NCBI GenBank assembly: GCA_963799845.1
Contig: CAWCYI010000007.1
Location: 32,001-96,000 of the forward strand
DNA: 64,000 nt
From: an uncultured Nitrososphaerota archaeon
Lineage (GTDB): Archaea > Thermoproteota > Nitrososphaeria > Nitrososphaerales > CADDZS01
Direction: 5' to 3'
The notes under the pieces were generated by a model. The model made no database searches and was not told the origin of the DNA. It saw only the letters and a list, made by a program, of their open reading frames with translations. This document shows, piece after piece, positions 19,314-30,156 of this stretch. A program made the translations under genes and the position numbers. The number at the start of each line of letters is the position of its first letter. The first letter of the stretch is position 1.

Positions 19314-19339
19314 TATCGGCTTTCGACATAATGGAGATA
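19314..19339 (-). promoter_or_regulatory. Conserved upstream motif of BNR paralogues, copy 2 (TATCTCCATTATGTCGAAAGCCGATA)
   Basis: 22/26 identity with 14198-14223; same orientation relative to its gene; both are followed by TTCCATTTT. Confidence 0.6.
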
Positions 19340-19623
19340 GAATGATCGATTAACGACTCTAGATTTCGAGCGGATGAGCTGGGCATAGCTATCTAAAGCA
19401 AAAACATCGACTAAGAAGGACGGAAGCATCCTGAAATCATAGACCAGTCGCTTTTGAAAGAGTTTGAACGACTAGGGTAATGGAAATTATGAGGAACTTG
19501 ATCAGGGAATGTATTAGATGCAAGCAATTATGATGCTAAGATTACTCTGAATGCCAACAATATCTACATCGGTCGAACCGAACAAATCCATATCCAAATA
19601 AATGACACCGGAATAACTTCCAC

Positions 19624-19858
19624 AGGACTAAATTTATTGACTATGCCAAAAAGCACAATTCGACGCTTCGACCTCGGAATCCGAGAGCCCACCATTGGGA
19701 AAATGCAGCCATAGGTAGCTCGGCAGCTGGTCTCTCGTTCACAGTCAACACTTTGGAAAACAAAATCGGATGTGAACTCTACATCCCTAGATCGAAAGAG
19801 CTCTATGAGCTTTCTCAACCAATACAAAGACCAGATAGAGAAAGAGATGGGGGAAAAG
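19624..19858 (+). pseudogene. DUF4268-domain fragment
   Basis: Hand translation TKFIDYAKKHNSTLRPRNPRAHHW..AIGSS..LSFTVNTLENKIGCELYIP..FLNQYKDQIEKEMGEK; truncated at both ends. Confidence 0.65.
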
Positions 19859-20126
19859 AGCGCGCGCGCTGCGGGGTCCCACGTTCCAATCAGGCACGAG
19901 CGCAAGAATTTCGCAATGGAGGTAACAAATTGAACCTAGGTGGTGTCAGATACCATCCCCTCCACTCCTTATTAGGGTCTAGAAGATAGCAGCGCTCGGA
20001 AACAAGAAAAAAGTAAAGTGACTTACTCGACATTAGCTTCCGCGTACGAAGCTAGTCGCGAAATCGCCCCTCTCGCAAATGTCGCAATAATTATATTCAG
20101 TAGGCAGTGTTAGGGAAGTTATTTCG

Positions 20127-20537
20127 ATGAACCCATCCGAACAAATTGACGAAAAGATCGCAGAACTAGCAGATTGGCGTGGGGATATGCTTGCCAAACT
20201 TCGTAAAATCATCCATGACACTGATCCAGAAGTGATCGAGGAGTGGAAATGGATGGGAACCCCAACCTTCTCCCATGATGGAATTTTCGCGATTGTGAAT
20301 GCACACAAAGACCATGTGAAGATGACTTTTTCTCAAGGTGCAAGTCTTCCAGATCACGAGAAGGTCTTCAACGCGATGCTAAAAGGCAACCAATGGCGTG
20401 CGATTGATTTCTATCAGGGTGATAAGATCAATGAACGCGCTATGAAAAATCTCATCCGCTCGGCTATCGCGCTCAATACTGCTGCCTTGAAAAAGAAAAA
20501 TTCCAAGACCCGACCTAAAGCAAAGAAAAAATCGTAA
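20127..20537 (+). CDS. DUF1801/YdhG-like protein
   Basis: EEWKWMGTP, TFSQGASLPD, RAIDF motifs. Confidence 0.85.
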   Translation: MNPSEQIDEKIAELADWRGDMLAKLRKIIHDTDPEVIEEWKWMGTPTFSHDGIFAIVNAHKDHVKMTFSQGASLPDHEKVFNAMLKGNQWRAIDFYQGDKINERAMKNLIRSAIALNTAALKKKNSKTRPKAKKKS

Positions 20538-20633
20538 CCATGGCGGTTAAGCAAAAAACCAGCGATTTTTTTGACGAGTCTTACAAGTGCACATGCTGTT
20601 CAGTTTTATCCTGAAGACGCTAGTTCAACGGCT

Positions 20634-21165
20634 TTACTGTCGTGTAGGTTTTTGCCGATAGCAGGGCCGAAGTTCTTCAACGCGTGTCATCCAGTCGGGC
20701 ATTGAAGTTTCATCAAGAGAAGCTTCCAGACGATCCAGAAAGGCATGAGCACCTGAAGAGAAGACCTGCGCAGTCCCGCGGGTCAAATTCCTATGGGTCA
20801 TTTTGAGTACCGATGTCTCTCCATCGCGCCGGATCTCCCAGCGGATCGTCAGCTTTTTCACCCCTTGGAAAATCAGCGCTCGGCTCGACGATCCACTCGT
20901 GCTCGAAGACGTGCGGAGGGTCCCACACAAGAATGCTTCCGGTAACGTGTACCTGAGTCGGTCCACTCCAAAATTCGATCCGCCCACCCTGCCTTCCATC
21001 AATCCGGGCCTTTGTCAGGTACCATTCCGCAAGTTCCTTGGGTTCAGTAATAGCTTCCCAAACTATTTCCGGCGGATGCGACAATTGGCGCTCGAATTCC
21101 AGAGTCGCGTTTTCACCCTCTACACTCACGCTGCCAAAACGTGATGAGGAAGTACTCGTCATCAT
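20634..21165 (-). CDS. SRPBCC/AHSA1-like protein (frameshift at 20850)
   Basis: HPPEIVWEAITEP..W. Removing C20850 gives EKATIRWEI...GAHAFLDRL. Confidence 0.85.
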
Positions 21166-21503
21166 TTTTTCTTCATACTCGCATGCTTGAATGCCTTACT
21201 GTCAAGATGCTCTTCGAGAGTATCCATCTTGATTGCCCAGAACTCCTGATACTTGGAGACCCAGTCGTGCAGTTCTCGCAGGCCCTCGGGCTTTAGTGCG
21301 TATATCCTCTGTTGGGCCTGAACGGTCACACTGACAAGTTGAGCTTCTCTGAGCACCCGGAGATGTTGCGACACACCAGGCTGAGTCAGCTTGGGGAAGC
21401 TACTGACAATCTCCCCCGCAGTGTGAGGTCCCGTAGCAAGCAGATCAATCATCGCTCGTCGGGTAGGGTCTGCAATGGCCGAAAACACACTAGTTGCGCT
21501 CAC
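21162..21503 (-). CDS. ArsR/SmtB family regulator
   Basis: FSAIADPTRR, VSQHLRVLREA; ATGA overlap with the SRPBCC gene. Confidence 0.92.
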   Translation of the reverse strand: MSATSVFSAIADPTRRAMIDLLATGPHTAGEIVSSFPKLTQPGVSQHLRVLREAQLVSVTVQAQQRIYALKPEGLRELHDWVSKYQEFWAIKMDTLEEHLDSKAFKHASMKKK

Positions 21504-21561
21504 TCAAATCGCCATTAATAGAAAAAATGGGTGAACCTAGAATGTTTGTCTCTGTGGCCAT

Positions 21562-21984
21562 TCAGCTCTTATTTTCCCACGAGTTTGAACTCGGCTGTTG
21601 AAGTAGAGAAAAGGGGTTTCCATCGAGATCTCTAAAGGTTGCGAGGACACCCCACGGATACTGCGCAGGTTGCTCTTCGTTGAATTTAACTCCGCGTGAC
21701 TTCATCTCTTCAAAGTCCTTGCGACAGTCGCTGGTTCGAAAAGCCCATTGGGGACTCTTTCCAGGTTGCAACTGATTTAAGGGATCCTTTGGATCGCTCG
21801 GAGAGTCGGCTTGAAACAGACTGATCTCGATGTCCTGTCCCTTTGGCGCAACGGTCACCCATCTCTGACCTCCAGGAGGAGTGAAGTCTGTTCTCTTTTC
21901 GAGGCCTAATGCGCGGGTGTAGAAGTCTACTGCTTTTTCCTGATCTCTCACTACAATGACTACGTTTAGGAGTTTTTCTATCAT
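21562..21984 (-). CDS. VOC/glyoxalase family protein
   Basis: VRDQEKAVDFYT, PWG..FRDLDGN; ATG 21984 preferred as start. Confidence 0.9.
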   Translation of the reverse strand: MIEKLLNVVIVVRDQEKAVDFYTRALGLEKRTDFTPPGGQRWVTVAPKGQDIEISLFQADSPSDPKDPLNQLQPGKSPQWAFRTSDCRKDFEEMKSRGVKFNEEQPAQYPWGVLATFRDLDGNPFSLLQQPSSNSWENKS

Positions 21985-22369
21985 GAATAGTAGGTATAAC
22001 GTGTCGCCTATATAAGAATATACTAATATTATGCAAAGCTCGATTTGTTCGCGAAAGCTAAATCTTGCCGACAAAGTGAGCAGTTGAACTTAGCATTCGA
22101 TGCTCTGATTGAGTAGCGAATAGCCGAAACGAGCTGTTGGGAACGTGCGGATGTGGAGCTTCCCTAGGGGGCCCCCTTTATAACAGCTTGAAATGAGCTT
22201 TCTCCTTAGAAACGTCCCTCTCAGCGAAAAACAGATTTTTTTGAAGAATCAATGAGAACTTCAAATTAAAAATTATCAAGAACAAATCCTCCTTCGGGGG
22301 CGCAAGGTTATGGATAAAACGATAACTGAGACTTTTATCTCTAAGATGACATCCTAGGAGGATCAGGGA

Positions 22370-23494
22370 ATGTCGAAAACCGGGGAATTTAATCCCATGA
22401 TTTTCCATGTAGATATGGATTCTTTCTACGCTTCCTGTGAGCTCAGCCGCAGACCAGGGATGGAATCCGAACCGTTTGTCGTTGGCGCAGATCCTCGTGA
22501 GGGAAAAGGCAGGGGGGTCGTGCTCGCGTGTAATTACGTGGCTAAAAGGCAGGGATTGAGGTCCGGTATGCCAATCTCAAGGGCCTGGGAACTTTCCCCA
22601 AGTGCTCACTACGTTAGACCAGATTTTGAATTCTACGGAGAAGTATCATCAAAAGTGATGCAGGTGTTAAGAAATTTTGCTGATCAAACTGAGCAGGTCA
22701 GCATCGATGAAGCCTATCTGGACGTTACGGATCGCCTTAAAGATCAGGAGGACAACTCGAACGATTCAGCTATTCGAAATTTGGCAGGGCAGATCAAGAG
22801 ATCCGTCTTCGAAAATCAAGGAATAACCTGTTCCATCGGAGTCGCAAATTCCAAAATAGTTGCAAAGATCGCGACAGACATGAACAAGCCAAATGGATTG
22901 ACTATAGTTCGGCCCAGCGATGTAATCGAGTTCCTCTCCCCGCTCCCGGTCGGAAAGATCCCTGGCGTTGGCAAAGTCACTCAGAAAATGCTTTTGGAAA
23001 AATTCCACATCGAAAAGATTGCCGATATCAGTCGCGTCCCGTTCGATGATTTGAAAGACGCCCTCGGAAGATCGGCGTTGTGGCTCTCGAACATAGCAAA
23101 CGGGGTAGATCGCAGCGAGGTCGTCGAAAGCTGGGATCCGGTTTCAATTTCCGGCGAGAAGACCTTCGAAGAGGACGAGGGTGACTACTTGACGGTGAAA
23201 GGCGTTATGAACGAAGTCGCAAAAGACGTATACTCCCGAGTTGAAAGCGAGCATTATCTCTTTAGAAATATTGGCATAAAGATCAGGTTCACCGGGTTTG
23301 AAACGCACACCAGATCTAAATCCCTCAGTTCCCATTCATCCTCCTTCGAAATTCTGGCCAGGGAGTGCGAGAAACTCCTATCAGAGTTTTATGAGTCGGA
23401 AAGGAAGGTCAGACTGATCGGCGTCAGGGTATCTAGCCTGAAGAAAAAAGAAGTAGACCAGACCACTCTGATGGATTGGGAAACAACAGGATAG
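22370..23494 (+). CDS. dinB: Y-family DNA polymerase IV
   Basis: HVDMDSFYASCE, SIDEAYLD, KPNG, IPGVG, RLIGV. Confidence 0.95.
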   Translation: MSKTGEFNPMIFHVDMDSFYASCELSRRPGMESEPFVVGADPREGKGRGVVLACNYVAKRQGLRSGMPISRAWELSPSAHYVRPDFEFYGEVSSKVMQVLRNFADQTEQVSIDEAYLDVTDRLKDQEDNSNDSAIRNLAGQIKRSVFENQGITCSIGVANSKIVAKIATDMNKPNGLTIVRPSDVIEFLSPLPVGKIPGVGKVTQKMLLEKFHIEKIADISRVPFDDLKDALGRSALWLSNIANGVDRSEVVESWDPVSISGEKTFEEDEGDYLTVKGVMNEVAKDVYSRVESEHYLFRNIGIKIRFTGFETHTRSKSLSSHSSSFEILARECEKLLSEFYESERKVRLIGVRVSSLKKKEVDQTTLMDWETTG

Positions 23495-23518
23495 TTTTCG
23501 AGATTAGTTGCAGCTCCT

Positions 23519-24171
23519 ATGGAAATTGAATCATTCCTTCTCGAAAAGTATCCTGGACTCGGAGTTCTTGAAGTGAAAATTAACGATGTTAGTGTTAGGA
23601 GATCTAACAAGGACTTGGAGCAATTCAAAAAGGACAAACAGGAAGAGATCCGCAAGCGAATACCCTCTCTCGATGTGGTCAAAGACCTCCCGGTTCTTAG
23701 AGCGTACAGAAATTTTTACTGGAAGGTAGGGATCGATCCGACAAAGACAAGAGCAGCCGGGGAGGCCTTGATCAGAAGAATCCTGGGAGGTAGAGACCTG
23801 CCGACTGTCAACACACTCGTTGATTCCTACAATATCGCATCGGCTGAGAGTTCGTTTGCAATCGCCGCGTTTGATGCCGATGTCATCGATTCAGCCAACC
23901 TCATGATGAGGACTGCAAACAAAGGTGAAACCTTCAAGGGAATCGGGATGGATGCACCAATCTCCCTCTCGGGGGTTGAAGTCGTGATAGAAGACAGATC
24001 ATCAAAAAGCTCGTCGCAGTCTACCCTTACCGCGATTCAGATGAAAGCAAAGTGACGGAAAAGTCAAAAGACGTACTTTTCATGATGTGCGGCGTCCCGC
24101 GAGTAACTCAAGATCAGCTTGCCCTTGCAAGCAGTCTAACCACCGATTATGTTACCCGTTTCTGTCTCTAG
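23519..24171 (+). CDS. B3/B4 domain (PheRS-beta-like tRNA editing) protein, -1 frameshift near 24004-24008
   Basis: AYRNFYWKVGIDPTKTR..EALIRR, VNTLVDSYN. The other frame continues LVAVYPYRDSDESKV...MCGVP to TAG 24171. Confidence 0.85.
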
Positions 24172-24866
24172 AAGAGGCTGAGAAGTGGGTTCAGATCCTT
24201 GAATTGGAAGTCTGGGATTTCTGCCTCGGTTTCAGATGGTATTATTGAAACCTCGGAATCATGTAAAATTCTAGCTGCTTTCATTCCAAGCGTTCTCGAC
24301 GGACCGACGTCAGTATCTACTCTGTCGCCGATCATCCACGCGTCGTTCGGCTCAATCCTTGCCTTGTCCAGGGCGAGCAGGAAAATTTCTCGGTCCGGTT
24401 TCTTGAACCCGACCTCCTCCGATAGAATCATGAATTTGAAATACTTGGCAAGCTGCCACGTCGTTTCCAGATGCTTCCGTACGTTTCTGTGCTGGTTTGC
24501 AATGACCGCGAGAGAATGGCGGCCCGACAGCTCCTCCAACACACTTCGAACTTCCGGATAGGGCCTGAACATCTTATTGGGATCGTTTTCGAACACTTTC
24601 ACGAGAGAGTTTCCGACTTTTTCGTAGTATTCTTCGACCGCATGGTAGTACTCAGAATTGCCTAAGATTTCTCTTGCAATGGCCCTGATCCTCGAGGCCT
24701 CGCCTCCCGGTCTGGACAGGATGGCTCGCCTGCAGGCGGCGTCATACGTGGTCCTGGTTAGATCAAGTTTTCGAGTTTTCAGAACGGCGAACAGACCATC
24801 GTTTCTCGCGGCGTGGAAGTTGCTCTCGGATAGGAGAGTCTCCCCGATATCAAAGAAGAGCCACAA
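24168..24866 (-). CDS. HAD-superfamily hydrolase
   Basis: FDIGETL, ANQ, KKPD, IGDRVDTD. Confidence 0.9.
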   Translation of the reverse strand: MWLFFDIGETLLSESNFHAARNDGLFAVLKTRKLDLTRTTYDAACRRAILSRPGGEASRIRAIAREILGNSEYYHAVEEYYEKVGNSLVKVFENDPNKMFRPYPEVRSVLEELSGRHSLAVIANQHRNVRKHLETTWQLAKYFKFMILSEEVGFKKPDREIFLLALDKARIEPNDAWMIGDRVDTDVGPSRTLGMKAARILHDSEVSIIPSETEAEIPDFQFKDLNPLLSLF

Positions 24867-25021
24867 GTGTTCCTTACTTTTTTTCTCGTAGGCGCTGCCT
24901 TTTTAAGTGTAGATTGAGTATTTCTCGGAAGGAAAGAAGGATTTCGACTAATTGCGAATTTCTGATTTTTGCTCTAACGTAAGCGTTAGCTGACTGCCTT
25001 TTTCCGGAGGGAATTCTTCGT

Positions 25022-26281
25022 TTGCCGACCGGCGATACTAGTAAGAAATTTGATTCTGTTGCGATTTACAGGATAAGGAAACTGCTGTCGGATCTTTCTA
25101 ACAAAACCGGCAGGGGGACGGAGCTGGTCAGTCTGTACCTTCCTCCGAAGAAGGCGGTTCACGAAGCGATCGCCGCTTTAAGAGAGGAGAGTGGGACCGC
25201 CTCCAACATAAAATCCGATACCACACGCAGCCACGTCCAGGATGCCCTAACTAAGACCATGGCCAGGCTCAGGCTTTACAAACAGACACCCGAAAATGGG
25301 ATCGTGATTTTCTGCGGCGCCATTCCGGGCCCGGGCGGACCTGGAAACGAGACGATTGATCTTTTCGAAGTATTGCCCCAAAAGCCCGTTACCGTTTATC
25401 TCTATCGCTGCGACGACCATTTTCATTTGGACCCGCTGAGAGATATGTTGAGGGAACAAAATGTGGTTGGCATTTTGGCGATGGATGCAACCGAGGCAGG
25501 ACTGGGCATAGTCTCTGGCGACACGTGGGAGGTAGTTGACACGATGAGTTCGGGTGTTTCGGGAAAGACGAAAAAGGGCGGCCAATCCGCGAGGAGGTAT
25601 GAAAGACTCCGCGAAATGGAACTGTCGGATTATTTCAGGCGACTTGCTGATCACGCAAAAAAGGCTTTCCTGGAACAGTATCAGATAAAGGGGCTAATAG
25701 TCAGTGGGCCTGGTTCCACAAAGGACGAGTTCGTCAGGGATGCCTACCTGGATTACCGACTTCAAAATGTGATAGTCGGCACGATTGATTCCGGATACGT
25801 GGGCCGAGAGGGAGTGCGGGAAACGATTGAAAAGTCCGGAAAGCTTCTCGAAAACGTGAGAGTGGTCGAAGAGAAGAAGCTGGTTCAGCGATTTCTCAGA
25901 GAAATAAACTCTGACGCCGGCCTCGCAATTTATGGAATCAATGATGTGCTTGCTTCGCTAAAACGTTCCGCGGTGGATGTGATATTAGTAAACGATGATG
26001 TTGACGTTGTCTACGTGAAGGCAGTATGCAAGAACTGCGGAAACGTTACTGAGAAATTCGTACCGAGATCACAGATCGTAGTCGAAAAGCAGGCGATGCT
26101 CTCTTGTCCGAAGTGCGGCTCCTCTGATGTGGAAATAACCGAAAGAGATGTCGTTGACTATCTTGCTGATGCAGCAGTTGATTCGGGTGCCGACGTACAG
26201 GTCATTTCTTCGAAGACTGAAGACGGTTCTATGTTGAAGAGTTTCGGCGGAATCTCGGCAATCTTGCGTTACAGGGGTTGA
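25022..26281 (+). CDS. prf1: Peptide chain release factor aRF1
   Basis: TASNIKS, YRCD, GGQSARR, C-terminal Zn ribbon, GGISAILRY. Confidence 0.97.
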   Translation: MPTGDTSKKFDSVAIYRIRKLLSDLSNKTGRGTELVSLYLPPKKAVHEAIAALREESGTASNIKSDTTRSHVQDALTKTMARLRLYKQTPENGIVIFCGAIPGPGGPGNETIDLFEVLPQKPVTVYLYRCDDHFHLDPLRDMLREQNVVGILAMDATEAGLGIVSGDTWEVVDTMSSGVSGKTKKGGQSARRYERLREMELSDYFRRLADHAKKAFLEQYQIKGLIVSGPGSTKDEFVRDAYLDYRLQNVIVGTIDSGYVGREGVRETIEKSGKLLENVRVVEEKKLVQRFLREINSDAGLAIYGINDVLASLKRSAVDVILVNDDVDVVYVKAVCKNCGNVTEKFVPRSQIVVEKQAMLSCPKCGSSDVEITERDVVDYLADAAVDSGADVQVISSKTEDGSMLKSFGGISAILRYRG

Positions 26282-26290
26282 GTTCGGCAC

Positions 26291-28708
26291 TTGGAAAAAA
26301 CTGCTCAGGAACCGGTCAAGGCCCAGTCGTACAGACCGATACTTTTCGGAATCGACCATTTCGAGAACCCACTTGAAGGAGCCAAATCGTGGGACAAATC
26401 ACTTGAGCCAGGGATATTCAAGCGCTGGGAAACTGAGGGATTGGGAAAATTCAACGTCAATTCGTACAAACAAATTTTTGTCATTGATACTCCTCCTCCA
26501 TATCCATCGGGCCGACCGTGGCACGTGGGAGGTGCCTCGCACTATTCCCAGATAGACATGATCGCAAGGTCAGCGAGAATGCGGGGATTTGAAGTTCTTT
26601 TCCCGATAGGAATTGACAGAAATGGACTGCCTGTTGAGATTTACACCGAAAAGAAATACAAGGTCAGCATCAAGACAACCCCGAGGGAAGAGTTTCTCGA
26701 CCTCTGCAAAATCGCTCTGGACGATTTAGAGCAGGAGATGATCCAGACCTTCAAGATGATGGGGCTGTCGGGGAATTATGAGCAGAAGTACAGGACAGAT
26801 GAAGTCGGCTACAGAGCTCTGACGCAGTCGACCTTCATTTCCCAGTGGAAAGACGGCCGGATATATGAAGGTACAAGGCCGACGAATTACTGCGTCGACT
26901 GCGGGACGACCATCGCCGACGCGGAAATCATTTACAGCGAGCTCCCGACCAAACTAGTTTACTTCAGGTTCGAAGTAAAGGGTGGAGGTTCGATTCCCAT
27001 TGCCAGCACGAGACCCGAACTGCTCTGCTCGTGTCAGGCAGTAATAGTAAACCCTGAAGACGAACGTTTCAAATCGCTGGTCGGAAAAAACGCAATTATC
27101 CCGTTTTACGATAGAGAGGTTCCGATCCTTGAGCACAGTTCCGCGAAACCAGAGTTTGGAACAGGTGTCGTGATGGTCTGTTCGTACGGCGACTATAACG
27201 ACTTGCAACTCTTTCGCGAACTGGGATTGAAGGAGATAATCGCAATCGGCAGGGATGGCAGAATGCTTGAACCAGCCGGTACTGGCATCGCGGGTCTGCG
27301 GATAAAGCAGGCGAGGAATGCGATGCTGGAACGCCTCGAGAAAGACGGTATCTCAACCAAAATCGAAGAGATTCAGCACAGGACCCCGATGTGCGAGCGG
27401 AGTAAAACTCCTATTGAGATCATCCCGATGGATGAGTACTACCTCAAAGTGGTCGATGTCAAAGAACGATTAGAGCACATCGCAAGGGAAGAGCTTCGTT
27501 TTCATCCCGAAATGCACCGAACGATACTTTTAAACTGGATCGAAGTAGCACGCGACTGGCCGATCTCCAGGCGTAGGTTTTATGGCACCGAGGTCCCAGT
27601 CTGGTACTGCTCTAAATGCAAGGAACCATTTCTCCCACCCGCAGGCGCGTACTACCAGCCGTGGAGAGATCCGCCGCCCGATAATCCCAGCTGCTCAAAG
27701 TGCGGCTCGAAAGAATTTGTCGGAGACGTGAGAACCTTCGATACGTGGATGGATTCGAGCGTCAGTGCCCTCTATGTTACGAAATACAATAGGGATGAAA
27801 AATTCCACGGGAGGACCTATCCTGCATCCATAAGGCCCCAGGGAAAAGACATTATCAGAACGTGGTTGCATTACAGCATTCTCCGGTGCAGCCAGATTAC
27901 TGGAACGGTCCCATGGAAAGATGTGTGGATAACGGGTTGGGGCCTCGACGAAAAGGGCGAAAAGATGAGCAAGAGCAAGGGAAACGCCATCGATCCCCTG
28001 ATCATGCTTGATCGGTACGGAGCCGAGAACTTCCGGATGTGGATCGCATCTGAAGTCTCAGTCGGTTCTGATTACACATGTTCCGAGTCAAAGATCGCGA
28101 CTCCCGGAAAGTTTCTGACCAAGCTGTGGAACATTTCGAGGTTCATCGCAGGATTCCCCGTGCCGGAGGAAAAACCCGCGTCCGATGACATTTCTCCCAG
28201 CGATCGCTGGATACTCGCTGAGCTGTCTTCTCTGACCGAAGACTGTCTCAGAGGTTACGAAGATTACAACTTTTTCATTCCGGCAAACAGGATCCGGGAT
28301 TTCACGTGGAACATCTTCGCGGCCCACTATGTTGAGATCGCCAAAGTTAGAGCATACGGCTCTGGCTTTCCCCGGAAAGAGATAATTTCGGCAAGGTACG
28401 CTCTCCACCAGTGCCTTAAATCGATTCTGCTACTGCTCGCTCCGATCTGTCCGTTCATTACGGAGGCCCTCTGGCTCAAGATTTACTCAACTCAAAGCAT
28501 ACACTCGCAGACGTTTCCCGATCCCAAGAACTGGGACAAACAATACATGAGCTTCGAGAACCAAATCGTCGATTTCAACAGCAAAGTCTGGAACGAGAAA
28601 AAATCAAGGGGGCTCTCCCTGAAAGAGAGCATTCACGTCGAAATTCCGGCTGAACTGCAGCAGTTTGCGAGCGACCTGAAGGCAATGCACAACATCTCTA
28701 GCGGGTGA
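26291..28708 (+). CDS. valS: Valyl-tRNA synthetase, archaeal type
   Basis: DTPPPY, HVGG (HIGH variant), DWPISRRR, DTWMDSS, KMSKS. Confidence 0.95.
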   Translation: MEKTAQEPVKAQSYRPILFGIDHFENPLEGAKSWDKSLEPGIFKRWETEGLGKFNVNSYKQIFVIDTPPPYPSGRPWHVGGASHYSQIDMIARSARMRGFEVLFPIGIDRNGLPVEIYTEKKYKVSIKTTPREEFLDLCKIALDDLEQEMIQTFKMMGLSGNYEQKYRTDEVGYRALTQSTFISQWKDGRIYEGTRPTNYCVDCGTTIADAEIIYSELPTKLVYFRFEVKGGGSIPIASTRPELLCSCQAVIVNPEDERFKSLVGKNAIIPFYDREVPILEHSSAKPEFGTGVVMVCSYGDYNDLQLFRELGLKEIIAIGRDGRMLEPAGTGIAGLRIKQARNAMLERLEKDGISTKIEEIQHRTPMCERSKTPIEIIPMDEYYLKVVDVKERLEHIAREELRFHPEMHRTILLNWIEVARDWPISRRRFYGTEVPVWYCSKCKEPFLPPAGAYYQPWRDPPPDNPSCSKCGSKEFVGDVRTFDTWMDSSVSALYVTKYNRDEKFHGRTYPASIRPQGKDIIRTWLHYSILRCSQITGTVPWKDVWITGWGLDEKGEKMSKSKGNAIDPLIMLDRYGAENFRMWIASEVSVGSDYTCSESKIATPGKFLTKLWNISRFIAGFPVPEEKPASDDISPSDRWILAELSSLTEDCLRGYEDYNFFIPANRIRDFTWNIFAAHYVEIAKVRAYGSGFPRKEIISARYALHQCLKSILLLLAPICPFITEALWLKIYSTQSIHSQTFPDPKNWDKQYMSFENQIVDFNSKVWNEKKSRGLSLKESIHVEIPAELQQFASDLKAMHNISSG

Positions 28709-29348
28709 ATTTTCCGAGCCAGAAGGACCTGATGTGACTCAGGGCGCTATCCTGAGTTTCCTCAGGACCCAACGCAAGAATTAGGTTCATCTGAACTGCC
28801 TCAATTTCGAACACGCCCGCAGCTCCGAAATCCCTGTCCCTCATTTCGGGAGATCTGATTTTCTCGAGCAACTTCGAAACGTCCTTGGTGTTGAACGTTG
28901 CAAGTGTGACGTGCGGTACAAACTCGCTCGCATCAAACCTGCTGCTCTCGACATCGCCTCTCAGTTCTTCGAGAATCCGCTCGTTAATTTCCTTGAATTT
29001 TCCCTTATCCTCGATTTTGGCGTAGATTGAAGTCGGGAAAGCGTCCAGTCCGCGAATTGCTATCTCGAATGGATCGACTTCGGAGACTATTTCCTTTATC
29101 TTCATCAGTACGGCCTCATGCCTGTTCCTGTCCAGTTCATCTCCCAGGTACCCCAGCCCCTTGATCGGAACGTGAAATACGGAAGGGTTGGAATAAAGTT
29201 GTCTCGGGTCGGCAGATTTGAGCTCCTTTTGAACCAAAATCAGTGGCCTCCATAGCCGCGGCGGAATCCGATAAATCAGTCCGGCGTAAATCGTGTCTCC
29301 GGAACTTAGAATATCATTCCAATATTCTCGGATAGGCGTGACTTCCAA
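28698..29348 (-). CDS. 2H phosphoesterase / 2'-5' RNA ligase-like protein
   Basis: Two Hx(T) motifs: FHVPI (degenerate) and PHVTL. Confidence 0.8.
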   Translation of the reverse strand: MEVTPIREYWNDILSSGDTIYAGLIYRIPPRLWRPLILVQKELKSADPRQLYSNPSVFHVPIKGLGYLGDELDRNRHEAVLMKIKEIVSEVDPFEIAIRGLDAFPTSIYAKIEDKGKFKEINERILEELRGDVESSRFDASEFVPHVTLATFNTKDVSKLLEKIRSPEMRDRDFGAAGVFEIEAVQMNLILALGPEETQDSALSHIRSFWLGKFTR

Positions 29349-29517
29349 AATCGTGACCCCGGATTTTCAAAGAGAATGTTTCACCCAAGAAATATAACCA
29401 TTGCACTTTCCAAATCCTTCTGGAGATTGAACGATGGTTTCGAATTCCTTGAAGCAACGATGCTTCGAAGATTAAATTTTGATCTTTCTAGCTTAGAAAA
29501 TAGACTACGATAGAGCT

Positions 29518-30021
29518 CTACCTTTCGAGCGCTTTTTCCCCGAGTATCTTTGTCTTCGGAAGAGTCGAGTTCGCTTTTTCTTCCTTCGTTACCATCTCGA
29601 ATTCGAGCGAGCACTCGGCGGCGAGCTTGCCCGCAGTTTGGATTGACTTTGCAAGGCTAACGATTGAAGGATATCCTATCTTCATTGTGAAGTTCTTGAA
29701 CTCCGTTCCGTTTTCGCGTGAAGAGATAGTACCACCGACAATTTTTTCGACGACCATCCTGATAGGCTCCGTAAATTTCTCGTCGAGCTTTTGTGCCTTC
29801 AGGTGAATGACAAATCCTCTCTCGGACGAAACCTCGGGGCCATACCAGTAAACGGATATGTGGGGATCATCAACCGATGTTCTTCCGGGGATGCCGGCAC
29901 TGATGTCCCAGAATGTCAGTTTCTTAATGTCGATATTAGTTTTTGAAACTTCATCCGGTGTCAGTTGATTATAGACCAGAACTTTGTAAATTTTAGGTTC
30001 TTCTCCAAACGGGGTTGACAA
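29518..30021 (-). CDS. Hypothetical protein
   Basis: 167-codon ORF with plausible composition; no recognised motif. Confidence 0.6.
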   Translation of the reverse strand: MSTPFGEEPKIYKVLVYNQLTPDEVSKTNIDIKKLTFWDISAGIPGRTSVDDPHISVYWYGPEVSSERGFVIHLKAQKLDEKFTEPIRMVVEKIVGGTISSRENGTEFKNFTMKIGYPSIVSLAKSIQTAGKLAAECSLEFEMVTKEEKANSTLPKTKILGEKALER

Positions 30022-30156
30022 TGATTACTTCACTTGAGCAATCTGCTTGTGCGTTTGTTATTTGAGGATTTAGCTCAAACATTTTGTTTTCCCTTTGATT
30101 TGGTAACTCATGATGGCAAAACTAAAGAAAACGAATCGGATAGACTGGTTGTACCT

